From a virus (Duplodnaviria; Caudoviricetes): a stretch of DNA of 38,281 nucleotides. The translations under genes were made by a program, and so were the position numbers. Below, piece by piece: positions 8,366 to 16,141 of the stretch; within the stretch, counting starts at the first letter, position 1, and every line of letters starts with the position of its first letter. Location of the stretch: positions 1 through 38,281 of the IMG/VR virus record IMGVR_UViG_3300010376_000021, one strand, 5' to 3'. The notes under the pieces were generated by a model. The model worked only from the letters and a program-made list of their open reading frames with translations, made no database searches and was not told the origin of the DNA.

Positions 8366-9811
8366 CTAGCCGCCGATGATCCTGATCCTCGCACGATGGA
8401 CCGGCACCGCCAGGGCGAGGCTGACCGCGCCCGCAGCTGCGTAGGCGGCGTCGACGTGCCCGCCGCCGAGCCGCACGAACCGCCACCCGTCGCCGGAGCG
8501 GAGCTTGGTGGCCGCGTGGACGTGGGCGTCGAGCAGCGGGTCCGCCGGGTGGACGACCCGGGCCGCCTTGACGACGTCGGCGAGCTCCTGGCATGCCTCG
8601 GCGACCTTCCCGCCCGATAGCTCGACCGCCCCGGGCCGTTTGCGGAGGATGCTCGCGAACGCCGCCGCAGGCCCGCTGGGGAACCACGCGATGGCCCGCG
8701 GCCTGATCTTGTCGAGCAGCGGCTCCAGTTCGGCCCGTGCTGCCTCGGTGCCCGTCCATGCCCCGGCGATGGCGACGCGGACGCGGCCGTCGTCGAGCTG
8801 GGACGCCAGCGCCAGGGTGCAGTGCTCGCCATCCGGCGAGATGTCGAACGCGGCCACCGCCTTCCCGCGGCGCAAGTCGAGCGCTCCGCCCGGGTCAGCG
8901 CACGCGTCCCACGCCGCGGGGTCGATCGCGCCGTCGAGGTGGGCGACGCGCTGGCACAGCACCTCGGTGCGGAACACGTTCGGCGGGTCGGTGGCCATCG
9001 CGGTGCGGATGGCGTCCTCGCTGACGGTGTAGCCCATGCCCGGGTTGGCCTGCTGCCACGCCGCGGGGTCGGCGAGCTCGCATCCATCCTCGGCCGACCA
9101 TTCGAATATGCCGATGCTGGGGTCGCGTTGCGCCAGCGCCGAGTCGCGAAGCTGGTTAAGTACGGTGCTCTCGTCGTCGCCTGCGTTGGACATGCACCAG
9201 ATCTGGCTGTTGGCGCGGGCCATCGTCGTCTTGCTGAGGGCTGCCCAGGCGTCCCAGGACCGCTGCTCGCGCAGCTCGTCGATGTTGACCTCGTCGTTGG
9301 ACGACCCGCGCCCGGCCTTGCGGTTGGCGGCGCCGATCTTGTACCTCGAACCGTTGGTGGTCCAGAACATCTCGTCGCCGTTGACGTTCCTGACCCGGTC
9401 CCACTCGGCGTCGAGATCGGGGCTGGCGTGTATGGCGTCCTGGCACATGGTCCACTGCTCGCGAGCGAGGGTGACCTCCTGGGCTACGCCGAGGATCCGG
9501 CTGCGGGGGTGCATGTACATCCGCCAGAGGGTGATGCCGCGCTTGAGGTGGCTCTTGCCGTTCTGCCGCGCGACGATGATGAGCACGATGCGGAAGCGGA
9601 ATGCCCCGCCGGGCAGCAGCTCGAGGGCATGGATGGCGGCCCATCGCTGCCACGGTAGGAATGGCTCGCCCGCGAGCTCCATGAAGTCGGCGGCCTCGTA
9701 GCCGAGGCTCGTGCGGCGGTTGAGCGGGCGCAGCGGCGGCGTCCATAGCCGCGGCTGGGTGCGGCCGAGGAGCTTAGCGGCGCTTCGCGCGGGCTTCGCG
9801 GAGCTGGTCAA
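8366..9811 (-). CDS. terL: Terminase large subunit
   Basis: LPWQ, VARQNGKS Walker A, NIDELREQ Walker B, SNAG, ANPGMG, FRTEVLC, AFDISPD, HVDAAYAA. Confidence 0.93.
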   Translation of the reverse strand: MTSSAKPARSAAKLLGRTQPRLWTPPLRPLNRRTSLGYEAADFMELAGEPFLPWQRWAAIHALELLPGGAFRFRIVLIIVARQNGKSHLKRGITLWRMYMHPRSRILGVAQEVTLAREQWTMCQDAIHASPDLDAEWDRVRNVNGDEMFWTTNGSRYKIGAANRKAGRGSSNDEVNIDELREQRSWDAWAALSKTTMARANSQIWCMSNAGDDESTVLNQLRDSALAQRDPSIGIFEWSAEDGCELADPAAWQQANPGMGYTVSEDAIRTAMATDPPNVFRTEVLCQRVAHLDGAIDPAAWDACADPGGALDLRRGKAVAAFDISPDGEHCTLALASQLDDGRVRVAIAGAWTGTEAARAELEPLLDKIRPRAIAWFPSGPAAAFASILRKRPGAVELSGGKVAEACQELADVVKAARVVHPADPLLDAHVHAATKLRSGDGWRFVRLGGGHVDAAYAAAGAVSLALAVPVHRARIRIIGG

Positions 9812-10100
9812 GCTTGCTCACCTGTGCGGGCTGCTGTTGTGGCTCGCCGCGCTTGATGGCGGCCTTCGCGGCGGGCGTGGCGCCGAGCGATTCGAGCACC
9901 TTCAGCAGCTCGGGGCCGAGCCACCTGATGGCTGAGGCGTAGTCCTTGCCTGGATTGGCCTCGTCGATGGTGCGGGCGTACTGCTGTGCGAGCTTTGCGG
10001 CTGCGGCCTCCTCGCCGCCTTCCCGCGTGTCGATGCCGAGGCTGGCGAGGGTGGCGCAGACGGCTGGGTAGAGCAGCTCGCTCGCGTCCCGCAGCGCCAT
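9774..10100 (-). CDS. terS: Terminase small subunit
   Basis: LAQQYARTID...GPELLKVLESLGATPAAK...LDQLREARAKR, immediately upstream of terL; SD GGAGG. Confidence 0.85.
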   Translation of the reverse strand: MALRDASELLYPAVCATLASLGIDTREGGEEAAAAKLAQQYARTIDEANPGKDYASAIRWLGPELLKVLESLGATPAAKAAIKRGEPQQQPAQVSKLDQLREARAKRR

Positions 10101-10203
10101 GGCCGCCCTCCGCTGGAAGATTTCCTGTAGACACGCCTGTGAAGCGAAGATTTTCCTGTACTGATGTTAACCTGGCATCGTTGTCTTCCCCAGTAGGGCG
10201 GCG
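10101..10203. promoter_or_regulatory. Divergent late control region between terS and the portal operon
   Basis: Direct repeats GAAGATTT(T)CCTGTA at 10116-10129 and 10146-10160; GTTAAC palindrome giving TAACCT (+) and TAACAT (-) -10-like hexamers. Confidence 0.55.
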
Positions 10204-10458
10204 GTGGTTGAAGTGGCGGCGGTGACAGCCCCGGCCTCGCGCGGCTCGCTGCTGGGCAAAATCGCGTCGGCGTTCCACGCCCGTGCCCAGTCCCGCAAGG
10301 GCCAGCCGAGCCGGGTGGGGGCGTTCGTCGCGGATCACACGGGCACGCTGACGGCGCTCGGCTTCGCTGACACGGCTTGCTGGCACTGGGGGACGACGGC
10401 GGGCCTGATCGGGACGGCCGTCGCGATCCTGGTGGCCGAGTTCAAGGTCCGGGGCTGA
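10204..10458 (+). CDS. Small membrane protein upstream of portal (start 10204 or 10222)
   Basis: Hydrophobic C-terminal half; position before the portal gene. Confidence 0.7.
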   Translation: MVEVAAVTAPASRGSLLGKIASAFHARAQSRKGQPSRVGAFVADHTGTLTALGFADTACWHWGTTAGLIGTAVAILVAEFKVRG

Positions 10459-10459
10459 C

Positions 10460-11881
10460 GTGCCGAGCCTGCTCGGGCAGCTGCTGAAGCCGAAGAACCT
10501 GGCGCCCCCGGTGCCGATGGGCCAGGGCTACCGTGGCGGGTTCCCGGGCCTGTCGATGATCTCCTCGTCTTTCGAGACGTACATGAACGCGTACGCATCG
10601 TCGGGGACGGTGTGGCAGATCGTGCACCTCATCGCCTCGTCGGTGGCGAAGCCGGAGTGGCGCCTGTACCGCAAGCAGGCGACCGACGGCCGGGTCCGCT
10701 ACACCACCAGCGACCAGGGGTCCGACCAGCGGACCGAGGTCGTCAAGCACCAGGCGCTGAGCGTGCTGCAGCAGCCCGCCACAATCAAGGCCGGGGGCGT
10801 CAATCTCCCCGTCTGGACCCGGTTCAGCCTGTTCGAGCTAGTCCAGGTCTACCTGGAGCTGACTGGCGAGGGGCCGCTAGTCGTGGACTACGTGCCAGGC
10901 ACGTCGATACCGACGGGGCTGTGGTCGGTGCGCCCTGACCGCCTGGAGCCGGTTCCGGACCCGGACACGTACCTGAAGGGTTACATCTACACGTCGCCGG
11001 ATGGCAGGGAGAAGATCCCGCTGCAGCCCAGTGACGTGATCATGATCAAGTACCCGAGTCCTCTCGACCCGTACCGCGGCCTGGGCCCGGCGCAAGCGGT
11101 GCTGGTGGACATCGAGGCCGCGCGGTACTCAGCGGAGTGGAACCGGAACTTCTTCCTGAACAGCGCGGAGCCCGGCGGCGTGATCCAGGTGGATCACCGG
11201 ATGGATGACGACGAGTGGAACGACCTGACGAACCGGTGGCGGGAGGCTCACAGGGGCGTCTCCCGCGCCCACCGGGTCGCGGTGCTCGAGGCCGGGCAGA
11301 CGTGGATCGCCAACAGCCACAGCATGCGCGACATGGACTTCGGGAACCTGCGGAACGTGTCGCGGGACCTGATCCGCGAGGCGTGGGGCATCCACAAGAT
11401 CATGCTCGGCAACAGCGACGACGTGAACCGCGCCAACGCCCAGACCGGCGAGGAAGTGTTCGCGAACTGGTCGGTGGTACCGAGGCTCGACAGGTGGAAG
11501 GACGCCCTGAACGCCCAGTTCCTCCCGCTGTTCGGCAGCGCGGGCGACAACGTTGAGTTCGACTACATCTACCCGCTGCCGGCCAACCGCGAGCAGGACA
11601 ACGCCGAGCTGACCGCCAAGAGCGCGGCTGCCCTGTCGCTGATCCAGGCGGGCTACGACCCCGCTGACGTCCTGGAGGTCGTCGGCCTGCCGGACATGGG
11701 CGTGGCGGAGAGGGCGACGCAGGCTCCGGCACTGCCGCCGTCATGGGTGGCCGCGCCGCCGGCTGAGGGCGCTGCGGCCGCCGCGCCGGACGATGCCCTG
11801 GCGCAGGGCCAGCGCATGGACGCGCTGCTGCGGCGCGTGCTGCACGACGGCTACGTGCCGGTTGAGACCGGGAGGCGATGA
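10460..11881 (+). CDS. Portal protein (HK97 type)
   Basis: YLELTGEG, VRPDRL, PLDPYRGLGP, FFLNSAEPGG, VNRANA. Confidence 0.92.
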   Translation: MPSLLGQLLKPKNLAPPVPMGQGYRGGFPGLSMISSSFETYMNAYASSGTVWQIVHLIASSVAKPEWRLYRKQATDGRVRYTTSDQGSDQRTEVVKHQALSVLQQPATIKAGGVNLPVWTRFSLFELVQVYLELTGEGPLVVDYVPGTSIPTGLWSVRPDRLEPVPDPDTYLKGYIYTSPDGREKIPLQPSDVIMIKYPSPLDPYRGLGPAQAVLVDIEAARYSAEWNRNFFLNSAEPGGVIQVDHRMDDDEWNDLTNRWREAHRGVSRAHRVAVLEAGQTWIANSHSMRDMDFGNLRNVSRDLIREAWGIHKIMLGNSDDVNRANAQTGEEVFANWSVVPRLDRWKDALNAQFLPLFGSAGDNVEFDYIYPLPANREQDNAELTAKSAAALSLIQAGYDPADVLEVVGLPDMGVAERATQAPALPPSWVAAPPAEGAAAAAPDDALAQGQRMDALLRRVLHDGYVPVETGRR

Positions 11882-12816
11882 TGCACGGTGCCAGGCCGCT
11901 GCGGTCCACGCGCAGGCTCCAGAACCTGACCTCGGCGCTGCCCAGGTGGTACTCGTTCACCAACTCGGCGGCTGCCGGCCAGCCGACGCTGATCAGCATC
12001 TACGACGAGATCGGCTTCTATGGCGTCCCTGCCGCGATGTTCCTTGACGAGCTGTCCCAGGTGCCGGGCGACATCGAGCTGCACCTGCACTCGCCGGGCG
12101 GTGACATCTACGAGGGGCTGGCGATCTACAACGGCCTGCTGCGGGCGCAGAAGCGCGGGAATGTCGGGATCGTCATCGACGGCCTGGCCGCGTCGGCCGC
12201 CTCGTTCATCGCGATGGCCGCGTCACCTGGCCAGCTGGAGATCTCGCCGCATGCGCGGATGATGGTGCACGACGGGTTCTGCATGGCGATCGGGAACGCG
12301 TCGGACCTCCGGGAACTGGCTGATCAGCTGGAGGAGGAGTCCGACAACATCGCGGGCATCTACGCGGACCGCACGGGGAAGCCGCAGGCTTACTGGCGCG
12401 AGAAGATGCGCGCGACGACCTGGTACTCCGACCAGCAGGCGGTTGCGGAGGGCCTGGCAGACCGCATCAGCGGCCAGGACCGGCCGCAGGACAAGTGGGA
12501 CCTGTCGCAGCTAGACCGCCGCGCCCCGGCCACCCGGAACGCCGCGCCGGCGCATGAGGCGCTGCATGGCACGCACAGCCACCCGGGGCCGGATGGCGGC
12601 GACGCGGTCGAGCACTCGCATGACCATGACGCTGATCACTCGGGGGTGTTCGACCCGGACGGCGACGGCGACGACGACAGCACGGCCGAGGGCGACACCG
12701 ACCACGACTACGTGACGGCTGCCGGCCATCCCGGGCCGGCAGCCAGCCTGACCGACACGGAAATCATGGCGATGTTCGCCACGGAACTAGACCAGCTCGA
12801 CGCTGGAAGGGAGTTA
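11878..12816 (+). CDS. ClpP-type head maturation protease; ends at in-frame TTA (12814-12816) with no standard stop
   Basis: LHSPGGD, DGLAASAASFIA, MMVHDG, TWYSDQQAVAEGLAD; followed by SD GGAAGGGAG and the capsid GTG. Confidence 0.85.
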
Positions 12817-12819
12817 CGA

Positions 12820-14235
12820 GTGGCACCGAAGATCCCGATCCCCGCCAGCAACACCGAGCTGGAGGAGATGTTCAACGACCCGAAGGTGTACGCGAAGGTC
12901 TACGCGGACCCGGAGCTGAGGTCGGAGTTCCAGCGCAAGTACGCCGCCGCGGTGATGGCGTCCGACCCCGAGCTGCAGGCGCAGCTGAAGGAGCAGATCC
13001 AGCTAGGCGTTGCCGAGTTCGTCGGCAAGGACGGCGAGGCAGGCGGGAAGGTCGGCGCGCGGCTGTCCGGCGGCCAGCCCCAGGTGACGGTGGACGGCGT
13101 TGCGGCGGTCGCCCGCGGCAAGGGCACTGTCTACAACAAGTTCGCGCCGGGCGCGGAGCTAGAGCGGAAGGTCAAGTCGGAGGACAGGTTCACGTCCATC
13201 GGCGAGATGTGCATGGCGATCAAGGAGGAGGCCCGGCCGTCGGCCAGCCGCAACCGCGCCGAGCTGATGCGGAAGCTGGAGAGCGTCCGCCAGTTCCAGA
13301 ACTCGTTCGGGTCCGAGGACCCGGGCGCCGGCGGCTTCCTCATCCCGGAGATCATGCGGAGCGAGCTGCTGGAGCTGGCGATCGAGCAGTCGATCGTCCG
13401 CTCCCGGGCGACGGTGATCCCGATGTCGACGCTGCGCGTGCCGATCCCCACCGTTGACGACACGAGCCACGTGAGCAACCTGTTCGGGGGCGTGACGTAC
13501 TACTGGGCGGAGGAGTCGGCGGCGATTCCCGAGTCGCAGGCATCATTCGGGCGGGTGGTCCTGGACGCGAAGAAGCTCGTCGGGTTCTTCAAGGTCCCGA
13601 ACGAGCTGCTGGCGGACGCCCCGGCGTTCTCCAGCTGGTTCGACACGCGGATCCCGATGGGCCTGGCGTGGTTCGAGGACGTCGCGTTCCTGACGGAGAC
13701 GGGCGCGGGTACCCCGGAGGGGTTCATCGGCTCCCCGGCGTACATCACGGTGGCGCGCGGCGGGTCGAACGTGATCACCTACCCGAACCTGGTGAACATG
13801 TACGCGCGGATGCTGCCGCAGTCGCTGGGCAGCTGCGTGTGGATCGCCGCGCATGACACGTTCCCGCAGCTGGCGCAGTTGCAGCTGTCCACCGCGAACG
13901 CCTCGCCCGGAATCTGGGTGGGCGGCTACGCGGGCCGGGACGCGTCGGACGCCCCGCCCGTGACGATCTTCGGCCGGCCGGTGATCTTCACCGAGAAGGT
14001 TCCCAAGCTCGGCAGCGTCGGCGACATCAGCCTCGTCGACCTGTCCTACTACCTGGTCGGCGACCGCCAGTCCGTCGCCGTCTCCGCGTCCGAGCACTTC
14101 GCGTTCCAGAACGACCAGACGGCGTACCGGATCATCGAGCGCGTCGACGGCCGCCCGTGGCTGCAGACGCCGCTGACCCCGCACAACAACTCCGCCAACA
14201 CGCTGTCGCCGTACGTCGGCATGGCCGTCAGCTAA
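12820..14235 (+). CDS. Major capsid protein (HK97 fold)
   Basis: GGFLIPE, WAEESAAIPES, GTPEG, TIFGRPVIFTE, FQNDQTAYRIIERVDGRP; own SD and GTG at 12820. Confidence 0.92.
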   Translation: MAPKIPIPASNTELEEMFNDPKVYAKVYADPELRSEFQRKYAAAVMASDPELQAQLKEQIQLGVAEFVGKDGEAGGKVGARLSGGQPQVTVDGVAAVARGKGTVYNKFAPGAELERKVKSEDRFTSIGEMCMAIKEEARPSASRNRAELMRKLESVRQFQNSFGSEDPGAGGFLIPEIMRSELLELAIEQSIVRSRATVIPMSTLRVPIPTVDDTSHVSNLFGGVTYYWAEESAAIPESQASFGRVVLDAKKLVGFFKVPNELLADAPAFSSWFDTRIPMGLAWFEDVAFLTETGAGTPEGFIGSPAYITVARGGSNVITYPNLVNMYARMLPQSLGSCVWIAAHDTFPQLAQLQLSTANASPGIWVGGYAGRDASDAPPVTIFGRPVIFTEKVPKLGSVGDISLVDLSYYLVGDRQSVAVSASEHFAFQNDQTAYRIIERVDGRPWLQTPLTPHNNSANTLSPYVGMAVS

Positions 14236-14247
14236 TCGGTTCGCGTA

Positions 14248-14319
14248 GGCCGGGCGGCATTCAGACCCCGCCCGGCCGAGTGAGCAAGACAGCAGTCACG
14301 CCCTGTTCCAAGGAGGAAC
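14248..14319 (+). promoter_or_regulatory. Tandem hairpins with similar 10-nt loops plus an SD-sequestering hairpin
   Basis: GGCCGGGCGG-CATTCAGACC-CCGCCCGGCC; ACAG-CAGTCACGCC-CTGT; GTTCC-AAGGA-GGAAC. Confidence 0.55.
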
Positions 14320-14322
14320 GTT

Positions 14323-14790
14323 ATGGCAGGAATGCGCGCGCTAGGCCGCGTGTACGACGTCGTCCCTGCGGGCGCCGCCGCTACCGCGGTGACGGTGTGC
14401 CTGAAGGACGTCTCGGGGGTCGGCATCCTGGCGACTGCCGGGGCGACCGCGACCGGCACGCTCACGTTCACCGCCTCGACGCTGTTCACGGGCGGCACCA
14501 CGTCCAACGTGACCCCGGCGAACGGGTTCGGGCAGCCGAACACCTGGTACCTGCGCTCGGCGACGGGGACGGTCTCGTGGGCCGCGCAGGCGGCCAGCTG
14601 GGCGTCGAACGTGCTGACGATCGGCGCGACGTCGGGGAACGTGTCGTACGTCGACTACCTCGTCAGCGGGCTCGCCGACACCTACGACTACCTGACGGTC
14701 ACGCCTGGGGCCGCGGTGACGATCACCGCGATCCTGTACGACCTGAACGTCCAGCGCAAGCCGCAGAACCTGCGCATCCCGAGCGCCTGA
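14323..14790 (+). CDS. Capsid decoration/cement-like protein
   Basis: Follows the capsid gene; Thr/Ala-rich beta-type composition; ends DLNVQRKPQNL; SD AAGGAGG. Confidence 0.75.
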   Translation: MAGMRALGRVYDVVPAGAAATAVTVCLKDVSGVGILATAGATATGTLTFTASTLFTGGTTSNVTPANGFGQPNTWYLRSATGTVSWAAQAASWASNVLTIGATSGNVSYVDYLVSGLADTYDYLTVTPGAAVTITAILYDLNVQRKPQNLRIPSA

Positions 14791-14791
14791 C

Positions 14792-15004
14792 ATGTGGGTA
14801 TGCGGCTCGTGCGGTGCCCTCGCGGACGGGCAGGACTTGTGCCTGCACTGCGGGGCATCGCGCGGCCCGCAGGAAACCGAACAGGAGGAGTCATGGCAAA
14901 GGCAGCAATCGCCTACGTCGGCAGCGTCTTCGGAACCGTCGCCACGAGCAACGGCACCCCGGCCACCTTCACGCCGCACCAGAACCCGGACCACACCGCG
15001 GTTA
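14792..15004 (+). CDS. Possible Zn-ribbon microprotein; 3' end uncertain (in-frame TTA at 15002, standard stop at 15172)
   Basis: WVCGSCG...CLHCG; sequence after about 14892 looks off-frame. Confidence 0.35.
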
Positions 15005-15021
15005 AGGACACCCGTACTTGA
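14893..15021 (+). CDS. 42-aa hypothetical protein
   Basis: SD AGGAGG; TTGA overlap with the next gene. Confidence 0.6.
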   Translation: MAKAAIAYVGSVFGTVATSNGTPATFTPHQNPDHTAVKDTRT

Positions 15022-15224
15022 GCTGGTGGCAGCTGGACAGCGTCCTGAAGCAGCGGGCGGAGTACGCGCAGTACTACCGCTCGCAGCAGCCGATGGCGTG
15101 CCCGAACGACGGGCAGCCGATGGTCCCCGCGCCGCCGAGGGATCCCCGCATCCAGCTGTACTGCCCGTTTGACGGGTGGGCCTACCCACGGGATTACGAC
15201 CCCGATATCCACTCAGGGATGTGA
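15018..15224 (+). CDS. Small Cys-motif protein of the head module
   Basis: MSWWQL...ACPNDGQP...LYCPFDGW. Confidence 0.75.
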   Translation: MSWWQLDSVLKQRAEYAQYYRSQQPMACPNDGQPMVPAPPRDPRIQLYCPFDGWAYPRDYDPDIHSGM

Positions 15225-15227
15225 CCA

Positions 15228-15401
15228 ATGCCGAAGGCGACTGTTGAGGGCGGCGCGACCAACGCGCTGGGCGCTCCCGTGCCGGATGAGGTGCCGGTGG
15301 CGGAGGCCGCCGCGGAACCGGAGGCGGAAGCGCCGGAGGAAGCGCCTGCGCCCGCGCCGCGTACCCCGCCGCGGCGGCCGCCTGGAGGCTCAGGTGGCTG
15401 A
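15228..15401 (+). CDS. 57-aa acidic Pro/Ala-rich protein (MPKATVEGGATNA...), not in the ORF track
   Basis: ATG 15228, TGA 15399; GC3-rich codons; fills the gap. Confidence 0.6.
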   Translation: MPKATVEGGATNALGAPVPDEVPVAEAAAEPEAEAPEEAPAPAPRTPPRRPPGGSGG

Positions 15402-15624
15402 CATCACCTGGGTGTGCGCGGAGTGCGGCTGCCGGTACGCGGCGGGCGCCCCGCGCTGCCCGGAGTGCCCGTCGACAGTGCGCGAGGAGGTGAGCGGTGA
15501 GCGCGAAGGCGCCAGCGAAGGGCCACACGGCGAAGCACACGCACAAGCAGGCGAAGCACCACAAGGCGAAGGGCAAGCATCACCCGCAGCACCACCCCAA
15601 GCCGGCGACGGGGACGGGGCATAA
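15394..15624 (+). CDS. Zn-ribbon protein
   Basis: SD GGAGG, GTG 15394; WVCAECGCRYAAGAPRCPEC. Confidence 0.55.
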   Translation: MADITWVCAECGCRYAAGAPRCPECPSTVREEVSGEREGASEGPHGEAHAQAGEAPQGEGQASPAAPPQAGDGDGA

Positions 15625-16141
15625 CGTGCACACGGCCGGCAAGCCTGCGGCGCCAGCGAAGCCGAGGGGCCTGGCGATTGGCGACCTGCTGCCGGTGTGC
15701 GCCGCTGAGGCGCTGGCGATATCACTGCGGCTGGCCGGGCGGCGGGTGTCCGATGACGAGGTTGAGGAGCTGCACTGGCTCGCAGGCGGCTGCGAAGACC
15801 AGGCGGTGAGCATTGAGGATGCGCTAGCTGCCGCTGCCCGTTTCGGGCTGGCCGGGTGGCGGGTCGTCCAGCAGGGGCACGTCGGCCCAGTCGACACAGA
15901 AGCCCTTTGCGGCAAGGTCCGGGTAGCTTGCGGCGAACTCGGCGTTGACCCGCGTGAGGGCCTCGTCAAGACGGCGTCCCAGCTCTCCGGGGAGTCCTTC
16001 TGTCATGCCCTGATTCTAGGCGTCGACGTCCCCGGCCCGCACTGCGTGCTGGCGACCCCGGACGGCTGGTGGTCGTGGGGCGAGCTGCATGCCCCGTGGC
16101 CGTGCCGCGTCGAGGAAGCGTGGGTGGTCGCATGGCAGTGA
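15497..16141 (+). CDS. His/Lys-rich N-terminus plus putative papain/C39-like Cys peptidase domain
   Basis: KGHTAKHTHKQAKHHKAKGKHHPQHH; VCAAEALA...PHCVL...WSWG. Confidence 0.6.
   Translation: MSAKAPAKGHTAKHTHKQAKHHKAKGKHHPQHHPKPATGTGHNVHTAGKPAAPAKPRGLAIGDLLPVCAAEALAISLRLAGRRVSDDEVEELHWLAGGCEDQAVSIEDALAAAARFGLAGWRVVQQGHVGPVDTEALCGKVRVACGELGVDPREGLVKTASQLSGESFCHALILGVDVPGPHCVLATPDGWWSWGELHAPWPCRVEEAWVVAWQ
15824..16006 (-). CDS. Nested antisense leaderless 60-aa protein
   Basis: TAGAAT (minus strand, 16018-16013), 6 nt, then ATG 16006; protein-like amphipathic sequence. Confidence 0.55.
   Translation of the reverse strand: MTEGLPGELGRRLDEALTRVNAEFAASYPDLAAKGFCVDWADVPLLDDPPPGQPETGSGS

Noticed and set aside
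8340-10200. Invertible terminase segment
   Set aside because: No inverted repeats found at the two boundaries and no invertase gene
14321-14325. TTATG at the start of the decoration gene as a fifth TTA-stop overlap
   Set aside because: The upstream sequence is intergenic, with no credible ORF ending at that TTA
14891-14895. TCA as an additional stop codon (TCATG junction)
   Set aside because: TCA occurs internally as Ser, e.g. in the FRSR motif of 1163-1864 and codon 4 of 615-953
14341-15576. Long antisense and alternate-frame ORFs here and genome-wide (e.g. 18801-19799, 25531-26481, 36399-37373)
   Set aside because: Arg/Pro/Ala-rich shadows of real genes in GC-rich DNA, with no SD or promoter support
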